In this document: one piece after another, positions 10,366 to 21,100 of the stretch
How the letters are laid out: each line of letters begins with the position of its first letter
How positions within the stretch are numbered: position 1 is the first letter of the stretch
Assembly (NCBI GenBank): GCA_965219685.1
Contig: CBDCOH010000002.1
Location: forward strand, 2,944,001-3,008,000
From: Candidatus Spongiisociaceae bacterium
GTDB lineage: Bacteria > Actinomycetota > Acidimicrobiia > Spongiisociales > Spongiisociaceae
Direction of reading: 5' to 3'
Length of the DNA: 64,000 nucleotides
Notes under the pieces: generated by a model
The model's database searches: none
What the model was told of the DNA's origin: nothing
Seen by the model: the letters and a program-made list of their open reading frames with translations, nothing else
Position numbers and translations under genes: made by a program

Positions 10366-11598
10366 TCACTGACGTCGGCGAGCGGACGAAAGGACGGCCA
10401 GCACATGGTCGATGTCGGCCTCCGTGTGGTCGGCGTTGACCTGGAGGCGGATCTCCTCGTCACCCCTCGGGACGACGGGATAGGCCAGCCCGGTTGCCAG
10501 AACCCCTCCCTCGAACAGCGCCGATACCAAGCGCCGGGTCTCGTCCGTATCGCGTAGCATCAACGGCACGATGGGGTGTTCCCCGGCAATGATCTCGTAG
10601 CCGAGCGACACCAGACCGTTCTCGAGTCTGGCGGTGAGATCGCGGAGGCGGCCGAGGAGTTCGTGGCCATCCGCGCGGTCGAGGATCTGGAGGGCGGCAA
10701 GGGCCGCGGCGGCTTCGGCGGCCGTGATCGGGTTGGAGTAGATGTAGAAGGGGGAGGTCTCCCGCAGGAAGCGGACCACCGGGCGGCGCGAGACCACGTA
10801 GCCCCCGTTGACGGCCAGAGCCTTGCCCAGGGTGCCGATCAGCACATCCGCCGGCGGGCTGCCCGTGTACTCCTCCGTTCCCCTGCCGGTAGGACCGAAG
10901 GCGCCCACACCATGGGAGTCGTCCACCACGACCACGACATTCTCGGCGAATCCGCCGTCGTGCCGGAACGCTATGTCCATGATCTCGTCGAGCGGCGCAT
11001 GGTCGCCTCGCATCGAGAAGATCCCGTCGGTTACGACTATGGCACGGCGCGCCCGGCCCTTCGCATCGGCGATGGCCCGGTCGAGAGCCGCCATGTCGAG
11101 ATGCGGGTACACAGCCTTGCCCGCCGGCCGGGAGAGGCGTATGGCGTTGATGATCGAGTTGTGGTTGAGCTCATCGGAGATCACCGCGGTGGTCGGGTCG
11201 GTGAGAGCGACCAGGGTTCCCACCACCGCGGCGTAGGCCGACGAGAAGATCATCCCCTCGTCCCGTCCGTGGAAGGCAGCCAGTTTCCCTTCCAACTCGA
11301 CGTGCGGGGTGTGGGTGCCGACGATGAACCGGACCGCACCCGGGCCGGTTCCCATCGCCTGGGCGGTGGCCTCCTCGGCGTGGATGACCTCGGGATGCAG
11401 AGCCAGGCCGAGATAGGAGTTCGAGTTCATCCGGATGAAGGACCGGTCCTCCTCACCCTCCAGAAGATATCGCGGGCCTCTCCGTCCTTCAGGTCTGAGG
11501 ACCTCACGCACCACGACTTCGCGACCCTTGGCCGTCCCCTGCTGCTCGAGTGCGGTTACGTGCCGGTCGAGAGTCGATGCAAGGCGATCGAGTGGCAT
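10366..11598 (-). CDS. PLP-dependent alpha-oxoamine synthase (Kbl/BioF family)
   Basis: NSNSYLGL, DELNHNSI, TDGIFSMRGD, DDSHG, GTLGKA. Confidence 0.9.
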   Translation of the reverse strand: MPLDRLASTLDRHVTALEQQGTAKGREVVVREVLRPEGRRGPRYLLEGEEDRSFIRMNSNSYLGLALHPEVIHAEEATAQAMGTGPGAVRFIVGTHTPHVELEGKLAAFHGRDEGMIFSSAYAAVVGTLVALTDPTTAVISDELNHNSIINAIRLSRPAGKAVYPHLDMAALDRAIADAKGRARRAIVVTDGIFSMRGDHAPLDEIMDIAFRHDGGFAENVVVVVDDSHGVGAFGPTGRGTEEYTGSPPADVLIGTLGKALAVNGGYVVSRRPVVRFLRETSPFYIYSNPITAAEAAAALAALQILDRADGHELLGRLRDLTARLENGLVSLGYEIIAGEHPIVPLMLRDTDETRRLVSALFEGGVLATGLAYPVVPRGDEEIRLQVNADHTEADIDHVLAVLSSARRRQ

Positions 11599-11727
11599 AT
11601 CAGTCCCGTGGTCGCGGCTCGACGGCCAGGATACCGGCCGGGACCGCCGCCTGAGATCGGCCGTCGCGCCATAATCACCGGTGTTGGTTCACCAGCATGA
11701 CCACGACTCGTCGGCACGGGGGAGCAC

Positions 11728-12522
11728 ATGTCAACCAGTTCACCCCGTCCCGTACTCCGGATAGGAGGACAGGGACGCGTGGCACTGGATGACCTGTTGC
11801 CGACCGAAGAGCCGGTCGAGTTCCGGATGGGTGGCGTGCCGATAGCGGTCCTGATGCGCACACCCGGCAACGACGAGGAACTTGCGCGTGGCTTCGCTCT
11901 CACCGAGGGCATCATCCTGCGCCCGGACGAGCTGGCGTACGTGCGGCGATTGCCGGGGAGAGAGGGAGAAGGACGCTACGAACTTGTTCCGGCCGGGGGG
12001 ATCGAGATCGACCCCGAGCAGTTCCGTCGCAACCTGTACTCGACGTCGTCGTGTGGCGTGTGCGGGAAAGCCTCGATCGATGCGGTGAGGGTTGCATCAC
12101 CGCCTCTGCCCGACGGCCCGACCATCCCCGCCGATCTCCTGTTGGGACTGATGGAGTCCATGCGAGGCGCTCAGAGTGGTTTCGACGAGACGGGGGGGCT
12201 GCACGCTGCTGCAGCCTTCACGCCGGGCGGCCAGCTGCTAGGCCTACGAGAGGACGTGGGTCGCCACAACGCCATGGACAAGCTCGTCGGGTTCCTTTCC
12301 TCCCGGCGCTGGCCGTTGGGGGAGATAGTCGTTACGGTGTCGGGTCGGGTGTCCTTCGAGTTGGTACAGAAGGCTGCGGTAGCCGGTCTCAGCGTCCTGG
12401 CCGGGGTGTCAGCCGCCTCGTCCCTAGCCGTGGATCTGGCCGACGAGGTAGGCCTGACCGTCGCCGGCTTCGTCCGGCCCGGCGGTTTCAACCTCTATAC
12501 CCACCCCCGGCGCATAGCCTGA
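11728..12522 (+). CDS. fdhD: Formate dehydrogenase accessory sulfurtransferase
   Basis: MRTPG, SSCGVCGK, TGGLHAAA, EDVGRHNAMDK, SGRVSFELVQKA. Confidence 0.94.
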   Translation: MSTSSPRPVLRIGGQGRVALDDLLPTEEPVEFRMGGVPIAVLMRTPGNDEELARGFALTEGIILRPDELAYVRRLPGREGEGRYELVPAGGIEIDPEQFRRNLYSTSSCGVCGKASIDAVRVASPPLPDGPTIPADLLLGLMESMRGAQSGFDETGGLHAAAAFTPGGQLLGLREDVGRHNAMDKLVGFLSSRRWPLGEIVVTVSGRVSFELVQKAAVAGLSVLAGVSAASSLAVDLADEVGLTVAGFVRPGGFNLYTHPRRIA

Positions 12523-12549
12523 GAGGAGAGCGCACACCCGGTCTGAACT

Positions 12550-12607
12550 ACTGAAAACGGACACGTACCCGATCTAACGCTAAGCGCCGCTCACCACCAA
12601 GCACCTA
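12550..12607 (-). repeat. Dispersed intergenic element: degenerate heptamers from the stop codon plus a conserved core
   Basis: The reverse complement of 12550-12585 matches 40890-40925 at 34 of 36 positions. Confidence 0.85.
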
Positions 12608-13084
12608 GCCGTGTTCTGTGTCGCCGGCCAGCAGTTGCAGTATGTGTGGCAGCAGGGGCTCGAGCGCGTCTAGTCCCTCCTTGACGGCTTTCGGACTGCC
12701 GGGAAGGTTCACCACCAGGCACGACCCGATCACGCCGGCCAGACCCCGGGAGAGCGCGGCCATCGGCGTGTGACGCAGCCCCTCTGCCCTGATCAACTCG
12801 GCGAGGCCCGGGGCCGGGCGGTCGATCAGATCGGCAGTAGCCTCCGGAGTTACATCCCGTGGACCGAAACCGGTTCCTCCGGTGGTCACAACCAAACCGT
12901 GGTTGGAACTGAGACCGGCCAGCAGGTCCCTGATCTGCGCACGTTCGTCGGCAACCACGTGGCGATCCACCTCGAAGCCCAGGCCGGACAGCCGCCCGAC
13001 GAGCAGGTCTCCGGAGGTGTCGGCTCTCGTTCCGTGGGTCACCCCGTCGCTGACCGTCACCGAGGCTGCCGAGATTCGCGTCAT
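12605..13084 (-). CDS. MogA/MoaB molybdenum cofactor biosynthesis protein
   Basis: [40 protein letters not shown]. Confidence 0.92.
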   Translation of the reverse strand: MTRISAASVTVSDGVTHGTRADTSGDLLVGRLSGLGFEVDRHVVADERAQIRDLLAGLSSNHGLVVTTGGTGFGPRDVTPEATADLIDRPAPGLAELIRAEGLRHTPMAALSRGLAGVIGSCLVVNLPGSPKAVKEGLDALEPLLPHILQLLAGDTEHG

Positions 13085-13139
13085 GCCCCCATCGTACGAC
13101 CCCGCCCGCGGCTTCGCAGGTCACTACGCTTCCGGACGC

Positions 13140-13925
13140 ATGCCCTGGATCCTGCTCACCAACGACGACGGTGTCGACAGCCCCGCCCTCGTGCCCTTCA
13201 TGGCCGCCTTGGAACGGTTGGGCGAGGTCCGCACCGTCGTGCCGGACGGCCAGCGGAGCTGGATCGGGAAGGCCCTCACCCGGTTCGATCCCATCGAGGT
13301 CGCCGAGGTGGACCGGGCCGGGAAAACCGTCGTGACGGTTTCGGGTACTCCGGCCGACGCGGTCCAGGTCGCCGCGGTTTACTTCGACACTCCACCCGAC
13401 CTGGTCGTGGCCGGCATCAACCTCGGCTACAACCACGGCGCCGGCTACATCGTTTCCTCGGGCACGGTCGGAGCCTGCTTCGAGGGTTGGGAACTGGGCA
13501 TCCCTGCCTTCGGTTTCTCCGCCGGCATACGCGGTACCTGGATCGAGTGGTACCGGCACATGCACACGGAGGAAGCCATCCCGGTCTGGATGAGGCTGGC
13601 GGAGCTCTGCACGGAGATCGTCACGGACCTGCTCGCTGTCGAAGCGGTAGGCGATGTCGTGTCGGTCAACCTTCCTTGGGAGGCGGACCTGACCACCCCC
13701 CGCCGCGTGGTTCCTCCTGCCCGTGTTACCTACGGCCAAGTCCAGCATCGCCGGCCCGATGGGACCTTCGCCTTCCGCTACCGGGAACAGTTCGGCGGAG
13801 TTCCGCTCGAAGGAACCGACGTGGGTGTAAACCGAGCCGGCGAAGTAGCCATCACCCCCCTGCGCGCGCCCACCTCGCCGGAGGTAAGCGATGCCGTGCG
13901 GAGGAGGCTGGAACGCGAAGGCTAG
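13140..13925 (+). CDS. surE: 5'/3'-nucleotidase SurE
   Basis: ILLTNDDG, SGTPADAV, PDLVVAGINLGYN, SGTVGA. Confidence 0.92.
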   Translation: MPWILLTNDDGVDSPALVPFMAALERLGEVRTVVPDGQRSWIGKALTRFDPIEVAEVDRAGKTVVTVSGTPADAVQVAAVYFDTPPDLVVAGINLGYNHGAGYIVSSGTVGACFEGWELGIPAFGFSAGIRGTWIEWYRHMHTEEAIPVWMRLAELCTEIVTDLLAVEAVGDVVSVNLPWEADLTTPRRVVPPARVTYGQVQHRRPDGTFAFRYREQFGGVPLEGTDVGVNRAGEVAITPLRAPTSPEVSDAVRRRLEREG

Positions 13926-14010
13926 TTGCCAGTTGCCGATGAACGGCTACCGCACCTGGCTCGTCGTGGCCCGGTCCGGACTCGTTAGTCGAGTACCGTC
14001 AAGAGTTGGT

Positions 14011-14106
14011 CACCATTCACCATTCACCATTCACCATTCACCACTCACCATTCACCACTCACCATTCACCATTCACCACTCACCACTCACCACTCACCAC
14101 TCACTA
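14011..14106 (-). repeat. Heptamer tandem array CACCAYT x13, starting at the stop codon of the ABC permease
   Basis: Read directly. On the minus strand: TAGTGAG TGGTGAG ... TGGTGAA. Confidence 0.95.
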
Positions 14107-15786
14107 TGCCGCTATGTCCCTCTGCCCGAATCTGGTGATCGCCAGCCACCCGGTCAGGGCGGCGCCGGCGAGGAGTAGGAAGTAGGTGGGCTCGAAACCC
14201 TTGGCGAGCGGCGGGCCGTCACCGAAGTACCAGTAGAAGGGCGAGATCACCCGCACCGGTTGCATCGCATCGGTCAGGGAGCCCAAGCCGTTCAGCAAGA
14301 AGGTGACGAGAGCCACCACAGCCGTGGTCCGGATGGCTGGGAAGGAGGACCCACCCAGCGCCCAGATCAACATCGCCAGCCCTGCGAAGAAGAGGCCGAG
14401 GAGGCCGAGCCCGGCGCTGGCAGCCAGGATCCGGCCGACTCCGAGCTCGGTGTCCCACGCTATGTCCCCGACGATCGCCGCCACGGTTGGGACCAGAACC
14501 ACGATGACCGTGGAAAGCGCGACCCCTGCGGCCTTGGTCGCAACGACCCGTGACCGCTCCGCCGGGGTGGCGAGCACGAGCTCCAGGACGCCGCTGTGCT
14601 CCTCCCTGGTCAGCACCATCGAAACGCCCCTTACTGCGAACATGATCACGAGGATCGGGCCGATGGTCTGGTAGACACGGGACGAGATGAACCCCGCCGG
14701 CGTGACTATGGCGGCCGGGTCGCTCATGCCGAACATGGCGAACACCTCTCGGGGCATGGACGTGATAAGGGCTGCCAGCGCGTCAGCATCCTGTGCCAAC
14801 GCGGGCCACGCGGAGAACATGACCAGAGTCAGCAGTCCGAGACCTCCTCCCCAGGCCCAGACGGCCTTTCGGCGGTCCCACAGGGCCTTGCGGAACACGC
14901 CGTGGAGCAGCCACGCGGCCCGGGGCCGACGGGTCTTCCTCCGGGACCGACGGGTCCGGACGAGCGCCGGCGCCGGCAACACCTCCCGCTCGGCGCCTAT
15001 GTCCTTCCTGGCGAACAGGAGGGTGGCAGCCGCGGCCACAAACACCGTCGTGACCACCAGCCACAGATGGCCGGCGGTGAACCCCTCGATCAAGGGGTTC
15101 GGCTCCAGGTACCAGGTGAACGGGCTGAACGCGCTCGGCCCCTCCAACCACGAGTAGAGACCTGCGAACCCGTTGATGAACCAGGCCAGGAAGGCGAGTA
15201 GACCGGCCACACCGCCCGCGACGACCGTGCGGCCGGAAAGGGCGCCCACTAGCAGGGTTACCGATCCGAACAGTATCCCCAACAACCACAGGCCGGCGCC
15301 GGACGCCAGCACTGCGACCACCGGTAGGTCCATCTCGAACACGGGGTTGACGATCAGGAGGGCCACCGTCATCACCACCACCAGGACGAGCGTCGCGAGC
15401 GCGACTCCCCCGGCCTTCGCCAGGAACACCCGGCTCCGGGAAAGCGGTGTCGACAGCAGCATGTCCATTAGACCGTCCCTCTCCTCGGCGGTCGTCTCGG
15501 CAGTGGAGGCGCTGATCACGAATATCAGGATCAGGAGGGGCGCGAACAGCGCGTAGAGTTCAGTGGAGAGGAACCCTGCCGCCGTGAGGAAGGTGGCAGG
15601 GTCCAGACCGAACACCGACGACAGTTCCGGCGGGAATCGCTCGATCATCTCGATGAACGCATCGGATTCCCGCAGTATCGGGAACAGCACCCCCAGCCAG
15701 GCGATCAGTGCCACCAAGCCGACACTGTTCCCGATGATCGCCCTTCGCCGGTCACGTAGCGCCTTGGCAACGATGGCGACGTTCAT
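14104..15786 (-). CDS. ABC transporter permease (two fused ABC-2-type membrane domains)
   Basis: Two homologous halves (KALRDRRR/KALWDRRK; EERDGLMDMLLSTP/EEHSGVLELVLATP; SPFTWY/SPFYWY). Confidence 0.88.
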   Translation of the reverse strand: MNVAIVAKALRDRRRAIIGNSVGLVALIAWLGVLFPILRESDAFIEMIERFPPELSSVFGLDPATFLTAAGFLSTELYALFAPLLILIFVISASTAETTAEERDGLMDMLLSTPLSRSRVFLAKAGGVALATLVLVVVMTVALLIVNPVFEMDLPVVAVLASGAGLWLLGILFGSVTLLVGALSGRTVVAGGVAGLLAFLAWFINGFAGLYSWLEGPSAFSPFTWYLEPNPLIEGFTAGHLWLVVTTVFVAAAATLLFARKDIGAEREVLPAPALVRTRRSRRKTRRPRAAWLLHGVFRKALWDRRKAVWAWGGGLGLLTLVMFSAWPALAQDADALAALITSMPREVFAMFGMSDPAAIVTPAGFISSRVYQTIGPILVIMFAVRGVSMVLTREEHSGVLELVLATPAERSRVVATKAAGVALSTVIVVLVPTVAAIVGDIAWDTELGVGRILAASAGLGLLGLFFAGLAMLIWALGGSSFPAIRTTAVVALVTFLLNGLGSLTDAMQPVRVISPFYWYFGDGPPLAKGFEPTYFLLLAGAALTGWLAITRFGQRDIAA

Positions 15787-15790
15787 GCTG

Positions 15791-16705
15791 TCAACCCCCG
15801 GAAGCCGGATCCCCGCCCGGCCCGTAATAGGAGAGGAACACGTCGTCGAGATCGGCTTCCGCGGACGTGACGGCCCTGACACCCCTGGCCGCTGCCGCCT
15901 TCAGGACGGCCTGCTGGGAGCCGCCGACGCTCAGCCTCAGCATTGCGCCGCCATTCCCGGTGTCGACGACGGTCACTCCCGCTATCCCTGCGAAGTCGGC
16001 CGGGTCGACCGGTGAATCGAACTCGATCGACAGGTTGGATTGGATTTTCGAGCGGAACCCGTCGAGCGTGTCCACCGCGATGAGGCGGCCCTGGCGGACG
16101 ATCCCGACCCGGTCGGCCACCCGCTCAACCTCGGGCAGGTAGTGGGACGACAGGAACACCGTGCGGCCCTCGTTGCGAACCTCGCGCAGCAACTCGGCGA
16201 ACTCCTGCTGCATGAGGGGATCGAGCCCGCCCGTGGGCTCGTCGAGGATCAGCAGTTCGGGCTCGTGCATGAACGCGTTGACCACACCGACCTTCTGGCG
16301 GTTGCCCTTCGAGTACTCCTTGATGCGCCGGTCGAGGTCGAGATCGAACCGCTCAGCCAGCGCGGCCGTGGTGGACGCGGTGTCGATGCCCCTCAACCCA
16401 CTGAAGTAGAACAGGAACTCCCGACCGGTCATCGACGGGTACAGGGCGAGGTCGCCGGGAAGGTACCCGACCCGGCGACGGATAGAAAGGGAGTGATCGG
16501 TTATGTCCATCCCGAAGATTGCGCCGGAGCCTCGCGTCGGCCGGATGAAGTCGAGCAGGAGGCGGATGGTGGTGGTCTTGCCCGCTCCGTTCGGACCGAT
16601 GAACCCGAACACCTCGCCTACTTCGACCGCCAGATCGAGGTCGACGATCCCGGCCGTGTCGCCGTAGTACTTGGTCAGACCGGCGGTTTCGATGACTCGT
16701 GACAC
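15791..16705 (-). CDS. ABC transporter ATP-binding protein
   Basis: GPNGAGKTT, YSKGNRQ, LILDEPT, SSH. Confidence 0.93.
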   Translation of the reverse strand: MSRVIETAGLTKYYGDTAGIVDLDLAVEVGEVFGFIGPNGAGKTTTIRLLLDFIRPTRGSGAIFGMDITDHSLSIRRRVGYLPGDLALYPSMTGREFLFYFSGLRGIDTASTTAALAERFDLDLDRRIKEYSKGNRQKVGVVNAFMHEPELLILDEPTGGLDPLMQQEFAELLREVRNEGRTVFLSSHYLPEVERVADRVGIVRQGRLIAVDTLDGFRSKIQSNLSIEFDSPVDPADFAGIAGVTVVDTGNGGAMLRLSVGGSQQAVLKAAAARGVRAVTSAEADLDDVFLSYYGPGGDPASGG

Positions 16706-16826
16706 TGTCCACCTGCCCTTCCCGACCCACCGACCACCCCGTGGCGGCGGGTTTCCTCGCCTGTTGGTCTCGATGAATCCTAGGACTCCTCCACTCCTAT
16801 GCCCGTCCGGCCCAGAAGCGGGTGGG

Positions 16827-17582
16827 CTATCTCGTCTTGTTGATCTCGATGAATTCCAGAACCCGTCTCCAGGCATCGGCGGAGTCGTCGGCGAAGTCCT
16901 CGTAGTGGCGGTCGAAGAAGGAGTGCGGGGCACCGGGATACACGACCACCTCGTGCGGAGTTCCGGCCTCCTCGAGTGCGGCTCTGAACTCCTCCACCGC
17001 ATCGAGGGGGATGCTGGGATCGTCCCCTCCCATGAGCGCCAGGATCGGGCTGGCCATACCCGCCACCCGGTCTATGGCGCCGCTGGTCTCCTCCGGCCGC
17101 CTGGGCTTGCCGTAGAAGCCGACGGCGCCGGCGAGTTCCAGCCCGTTTGCGGCCTGATGCCAGGAGTTGGAACCACCGAAGCAGAAACCCACGGTGAACA
17201 CCGCCCGGCCCGGCCGGGCGGTTCGCAGGTGCGACACGGCCGCGGTCACGTCGTCGCGGATGCCGGCGAAGGTGGTGCCGTAGACATGGGGCCAGAAGTC
17301 CCAGTCGTTGGGACGCTCGCCGACGCCGGCGGTTCTCCCGAAGTAGTCGATGGCGACCGCGTCGTGCCCCGCCTGGGCGAAGCGCATCGCCAGATCCTTG
17401 TAGAAGCGGTAGAGACCTCGCACATCGGGCAGCACGACGACGGCGGTCTCGGACGGGTTGGCGCCCGCAGCTTCGAACGCTGCGAACTCGTTCCCGTCCC
17501 GCGCCGTCAGCGTGAGGTCGCGCCCTGTCGCTTGCCGGTCACCCTCGGGGACCGGAGGTTCGGAATCGTGGTTGAAACACAT
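16827..17582 (-). CDS. Dienelactone hydrolase family protein
   Basis: PDVRGL, GFCFGG, YPGAPHSF. Confidence 0.9.
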   Translation of the reverse strand: MCFNHDSEPPVPEGDRQATGRDLTLTARDGNEFAAFEAAGANPSETAVVVLPDVRGLYRFYKDLAMRFAQAGHDAVAIDYFGRTAGVGERPNDWDFWPHVYGTTFAGIRDDVTAAVSHLRTARPGRAVFTVGFCFGGSNSWHQAANGLELAGAVGFYGKPRRPEETSGAIDRVAGMASPILALMGGDDPSIPLDAVEEFRAALEEAGTPHEVVVYPGAPHSFFDRHYEDFADDSADAWRRVLEFIEINKTR

Positions 17583-17656
17583 GCCGCCTCCGTTGCTTCA
17601 CCCGCACAGGATATCGCCGGCCCGCGGGGCGCGTGCACCCGCGATAATCATCGGAC

Positions 17657-18013
17657 ATGAGGCGCCGGAGAAAACAAACCACCCTGATACCGTTCTTCCA
17701 CTTCAAGGTCTTCACCTTCGGCAGTGAAGAGGAATTCCTGGGTACCTTCGGCTCGTTGGAACGGGCCGGCGCGGAGTGGGAAGCGGTACGCGACGAGTTC
17801 CTGGATCGGTGGGACCTCCGGGGGATGCCGTCTGCCTGGTGGATGTTCGAGCCCGGCCTTCCGGAGGAACTCCGGCGGGGACCGCACGCGATCATCACCG
17901 AGGCCGACGCCGTCGAGTGGGAGCGGCTCGAGATGGCCCGCCGGCGCTACCTGGTCAGCATCGGCATCGACCCGGTCCGGCCGCGACGCCATGCCGCCTT
18001 CGGCAAACAGTGA
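17657..18013 (+). CDS. Hypothetical protein
   Basis: 118-aa ORF with normal codon bias that fills the gap between real genes. Confidence 0.55.
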   Translation: MRRRRKQTTLIPFFHFKVFTFGSEEEFLGTFGSLERAGAEWEAVRDEFLDRWDLRGMPSAWWMFEPGLPEELRRGPHAIITEADAVEWERLEMARRRYLVSIGIDPVRPRRHAAFGKQ

Positions 18014-18072
18014 CCCGGCCGGGTCGTCAACGATCCGCTGATTAGCCCACTCGCCGAACTAGCCTCTTGGCC

Positions 18073-18900
18073 ATGTCACGCATAGGTAACTCTCTTGCCC
18101 TAGCCCGGTCCTCCTGGGCAGTACTCAAGGCCGACAAGGAACTGATGCTTCTCCCGGTAATCTCCGGAGCGGCCTCGCTGATAGTGGCCGCATCGTTCCT
18201 GATCCCGATCATCGCCGCCGGCGTCTCCGACCTGGGCGGCGGCGCACTGGCAATGATGCTGATCCTGTACTTCGTCCTGGCGTACATCACCATCTTCTTC
18301 AACGCGGCCCTGATTAGCGCGGCCAACGAACGCCTCGAGGGCGGCGACCCGACGGTCGGGAGTGCGATCAGGGGAGCGGCCCGCCGGGCCGGGAAGATAC
18401 TCCCGTGGGCGCTCCTGTCGGCCGTCGTGTCGGTCATCCTGCGTGCGATCGAGGAACGGGTCGGGCTGGTTGGCAAGATCGTGATCGCCATCGTCGGCAT
18501 GGCTTGGACGGTGGTCACCTTCCTGGTCCTGCCGATCATCGTCGTCGAGGGCGCGAGCGCAGGCAAGGCGCTCAAGAAGTCGGGAAGATTGGTACGCAAC
18601 ACCTGGGGCGAGAACCTCGCCGGCCACATCGGGCTGGGGATAGTGGGGTTCCTCCTGTTCATCCCGGCAGTCGTGTTGGTGGTGGCCGGGATAGCATCCG
18701 CCGGCAGCACGGTGGGTGGCTTGGCGATCGCGGTGGGAGTTCTCTGGGGAATCCTGGTCGTCATCGTGATGACCGCCCTGACCGGCATCTACCAGACGGC
18801 GCTGTACCACTTCGCAGTCGCGGGCGACGTGCCGTCGAGCTACTTCGACACCGGCGCCATGCAGTCCGCCTTCTACGGCCGCAGGTTTCGCCGCCGCTAG
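18073..18900 (+). CDS. Integral membrane protein (DUF6159-like)
   Basis: SWAVLKADKEL, FFNAAL, TWGE, multiple TM helices. Confidence 0.8.
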   Translation: MSRIGNSLALARSSWAVLKADKELMLLPVISGAASLIVAASFLIPIIAAGVSDLGGGALAMMLILYFVLAYITIFFNAALISAANERLEGGDPTVGSAIRGAARRAGKILPWALLSAVVSVILRAIEERVGLVGKIVIAIVGMAWTVVTFLVLPIIVVEGASAGKALKKSGRLVRNTWGENLAGHIGLGIVGFLLFIPAVVLVVAGIASAGSTVGGLAIAVGVLWGILVVIVMTALTGIYQTALYHFAVAGDVPSSYFDTGAMQSAFYGRRFRRR

Positions 18901-19050
18901 CTCCGGCCCGACCCAGGCGGTCGCGCCTCTTCCCGACGCCACCCCGGACACCGGAGCGTCAAGGGGTCGAACATTTCACAAGCGTGTAGCGGCCTAAACT
19001 CGACACCCGAACAGTGCTACGGCGGATGCATCACTCTAATGTCAACCACC

Positions 19051-19110
19051 ACTAGCAACTAGCAACTAGCAACTAGCAACTAGCAACTAGCAACTAGCAA
19101 CTAGCAACTA
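19051..19110 (-). repeat. Heptamer tandem array ACTAGCA x8 (TAGTTGC on the minus strand), starting at the DUF2277 stop codon
   Basis: Perfect repeat, read directly. Confidence 0.95.
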
Positions 19111-19374
19111 GCGTACGCGCCGGGCCGCCCTGGCCCTGGCTTTGGAGGCCTCTACCTCCCGGTTCTTGGGCTGGGCATTGGTGACCAGGGAGTCCACCAG
19201 TACCCGCGTCTCTGCGGCTACCCGATCCACGGCGCTTTCGAACACGGCCCGGTTGGCTTGAGATGGCCGGGGTCCTCCCATGATCTTGCGAACGTACTGG
19301 AGGGCGGCGGCGTGGACTTCCTCGTCCGTGGCGGGCGGGTCGAAGTTGTGGAGGGTTCGGATGCTGCGACACAT
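19108..19374 (-). CDS. DUF2277 family protein
   Basis: MCRSIRTLHNFDPPATDEEVHAAALQYVRKI. Confidence 0.9.
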   Translation of the reverse strand: MCRSIRTLHNFDPPATDEEVHAAALQYVRKIMGGPRPSQANRAVFESAVDRVAAETRVLVDSLVTNAQPKNREVEASKARARAARRVR

Positions 19375-19408
19375 GGCAAGCGAGATTAACCGGTGCGCGG
19401 AACCTTCG

Positions 19409-21100
19409 TCACTCCGTGTAAGGGATCGCTTCCAGGCCGTCGGGGCGGGCGACGATCAGCAGGCTCTCGTGCTCGGCCGATTCGATGACCTCCAGCACCT
19501 CCTCGGCGGAGAAGCCGGCCTCGGTGTCCACCCGATCCCATACCCGGACCTCGGCGCTTGTACGTTGCTCGACGGTGACAGCGACTTCGCGCCCGCCCGA
19601 CCCCACCAGAACCACTGAGCGGACGGGGCTCCGGGGGGCCTCCTCAGTGGTCTCGGTCAAGTCGGCCCTGCGGATCGAGCGGTGGTATGCGGCTGTCACA
19701 CCTACTGTCACCGCCAGGGCCAGCGGCCAGCGAACGGCGAATACCGTAGCGGTGCCCGAAACGCCTTCGAGGAGGGACTCCAGGAACCGGTACGCAAGGG
19801 CGAAGAGGCTTCCCAATGCCAGGACGCCGCCCAGACCGAACACACATATCAGGTAGATCCTTCGCGTCGGCGAGCGGAGTTCGGCGTTCGGATCCTCCCT
19901 GCGCCACTCCTGGACCGCAGTCCAGTAGCGCCACCACAAGGGGGCGCCGACCAGCAGCACCGTGACCGCGGCCACGAGGCCCGATCGCTCGGGCCGCTGC
20001 AATAGGTCATCGGGGAGGAGAGCCTGGATGCTGGCGGCGATCACCGCCCCTAGGCCACCCACGGTGGCGATCAGGCCGACACCCGTCACCGTGTACCGGT
20101 GGACCCGATCAACCTCGCTGCGGGCCTCGGGCGCCGCGGACCGCAGGACCACTCGGTGGTAGCGCCACACGACCGAGCCTACGACCGCGAGGCCGATGGC
20201 CAGGGGTAGCTCGTCGAAGTGCAGCGCAGCCGCATCCGTGGAGTCGCCAACGAACCAGTCGAGGATCCGGTAGGTGAACTGCCAGACCCCGGTCAGCGCG
20301 GTTAGTAGTCCCCCGACTACTCCCAGAATCAGCACGTAGGCGCGCCACAGGACGCTCCCCTCCTCCCCTACACCGATCGACCACCAGTAACGGAGCCATA
20401 CCCCTCCCCAGATCACCAACCCGACCAGAGCTCTGGGGACGGGTTCGTCACTGCCGGCGATGACGCTGGCCGCGGTTACGAGGTCGTAGAGCCTGCCGAG
20501 CACGCCTTGCACGAACTGGATTCCGAAGACCGAGCCCGCTATCAGGCCGGCCGCAGCTCCCAGCAGCGCGCCGTACCGCAGGCGGCCCGCCCTCCCGCGC
20601 CGGCCGGCCAAGGCGTGATGGAGTAGCCAGATGGTCCCCCAAACCACCATGACGGCGGCAGGCGTGATACGGAACCGCCCTCCGAGGAGGCTCTCGCCCC
20701 AGACGTAGGCGCCTGTGGCCGCGGTGGCAAGACTGGCCAACTCCGCCACCACGAGATAGATCTCCCAAGCCGGATCGTTCCCGCCCGAGCGGTCGAGTGC
20801 CCGCCTCACCCACCTGAGTACGAGGAGGAGGCCCGGCCCACCCACCACCACGCAGGCGAGCATGAACGCCGTGTATCCGGGCCCGGCCACCACATCGGGA
20901 TCAGCCAGTGCGATGAGTCCCGTGACCCCCGTTCCGGCAAGGATGGTGAGGACCAGGAGGATCCCGTAACGGAATAGGCGCCTCAGCGCCCGTCCGGTGT
21001 CCCTACCGGAGCGGCGGGACAGAAAGGTGACCAGCCCGGCGACGATCGCGACGGCGATGAGGATCTGGACGAGAACGGCAAGTATGACGACCACCGACAC
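19409..21100 (-). CDS. Multi-pass membrane protein (DUF5671-like repeats)
   Basis: Repeated RxYL...GxPLWWxHW-type segments and many TM helices. Confidence 0.78.
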   Translation of the reverse strand: MSVVVILAVLVQILIAVAIVAGLVTFLSRRSGRDTGRALRRLFRYGILLVLTILAGTGVTGLIALADPDVVAGPGYTAFMLACVVVGGPGLLLVLRWVRRALDRSGGNDPAWEIYLVVAELASLATAATGAYVWGESLLGGRFRITPAAVMVVWGTIWLLHHALAGRRGRAGRLRYGALLGAAAGLIAGSVFGIQFVQGVLGRLYDLVTAASVIAGSDEPVPRALVGLVIWGGVWLRYWWSIGVGEEGSVLWRAYVLILGVVGGLLTALTGVWQFTYRILDWFVGDSTDAAALHFDELPLAIGLAVVGSVVWRYHRVVLRSAAPEARSEVDRVHRYTVTGVGLIATVGGLGAVIAASIQALLPDDLLQRPERSGLVAAVTVLLVGAPLWWRYWTAVQEWRREDPNAELRSPTRRIYLICVFGLGGVLALGSLFALAYRFLESLLEGVSGTATVFAVRWPLALAVTVGVTAAYHRSIRRADLTETTEEAPRSPVRSVVLVGSGGREVAVTVEQRTSAEVRVWDRVDTEAGFSAEEVLEVIESAEHESLLIVARPDGLEAIPYTE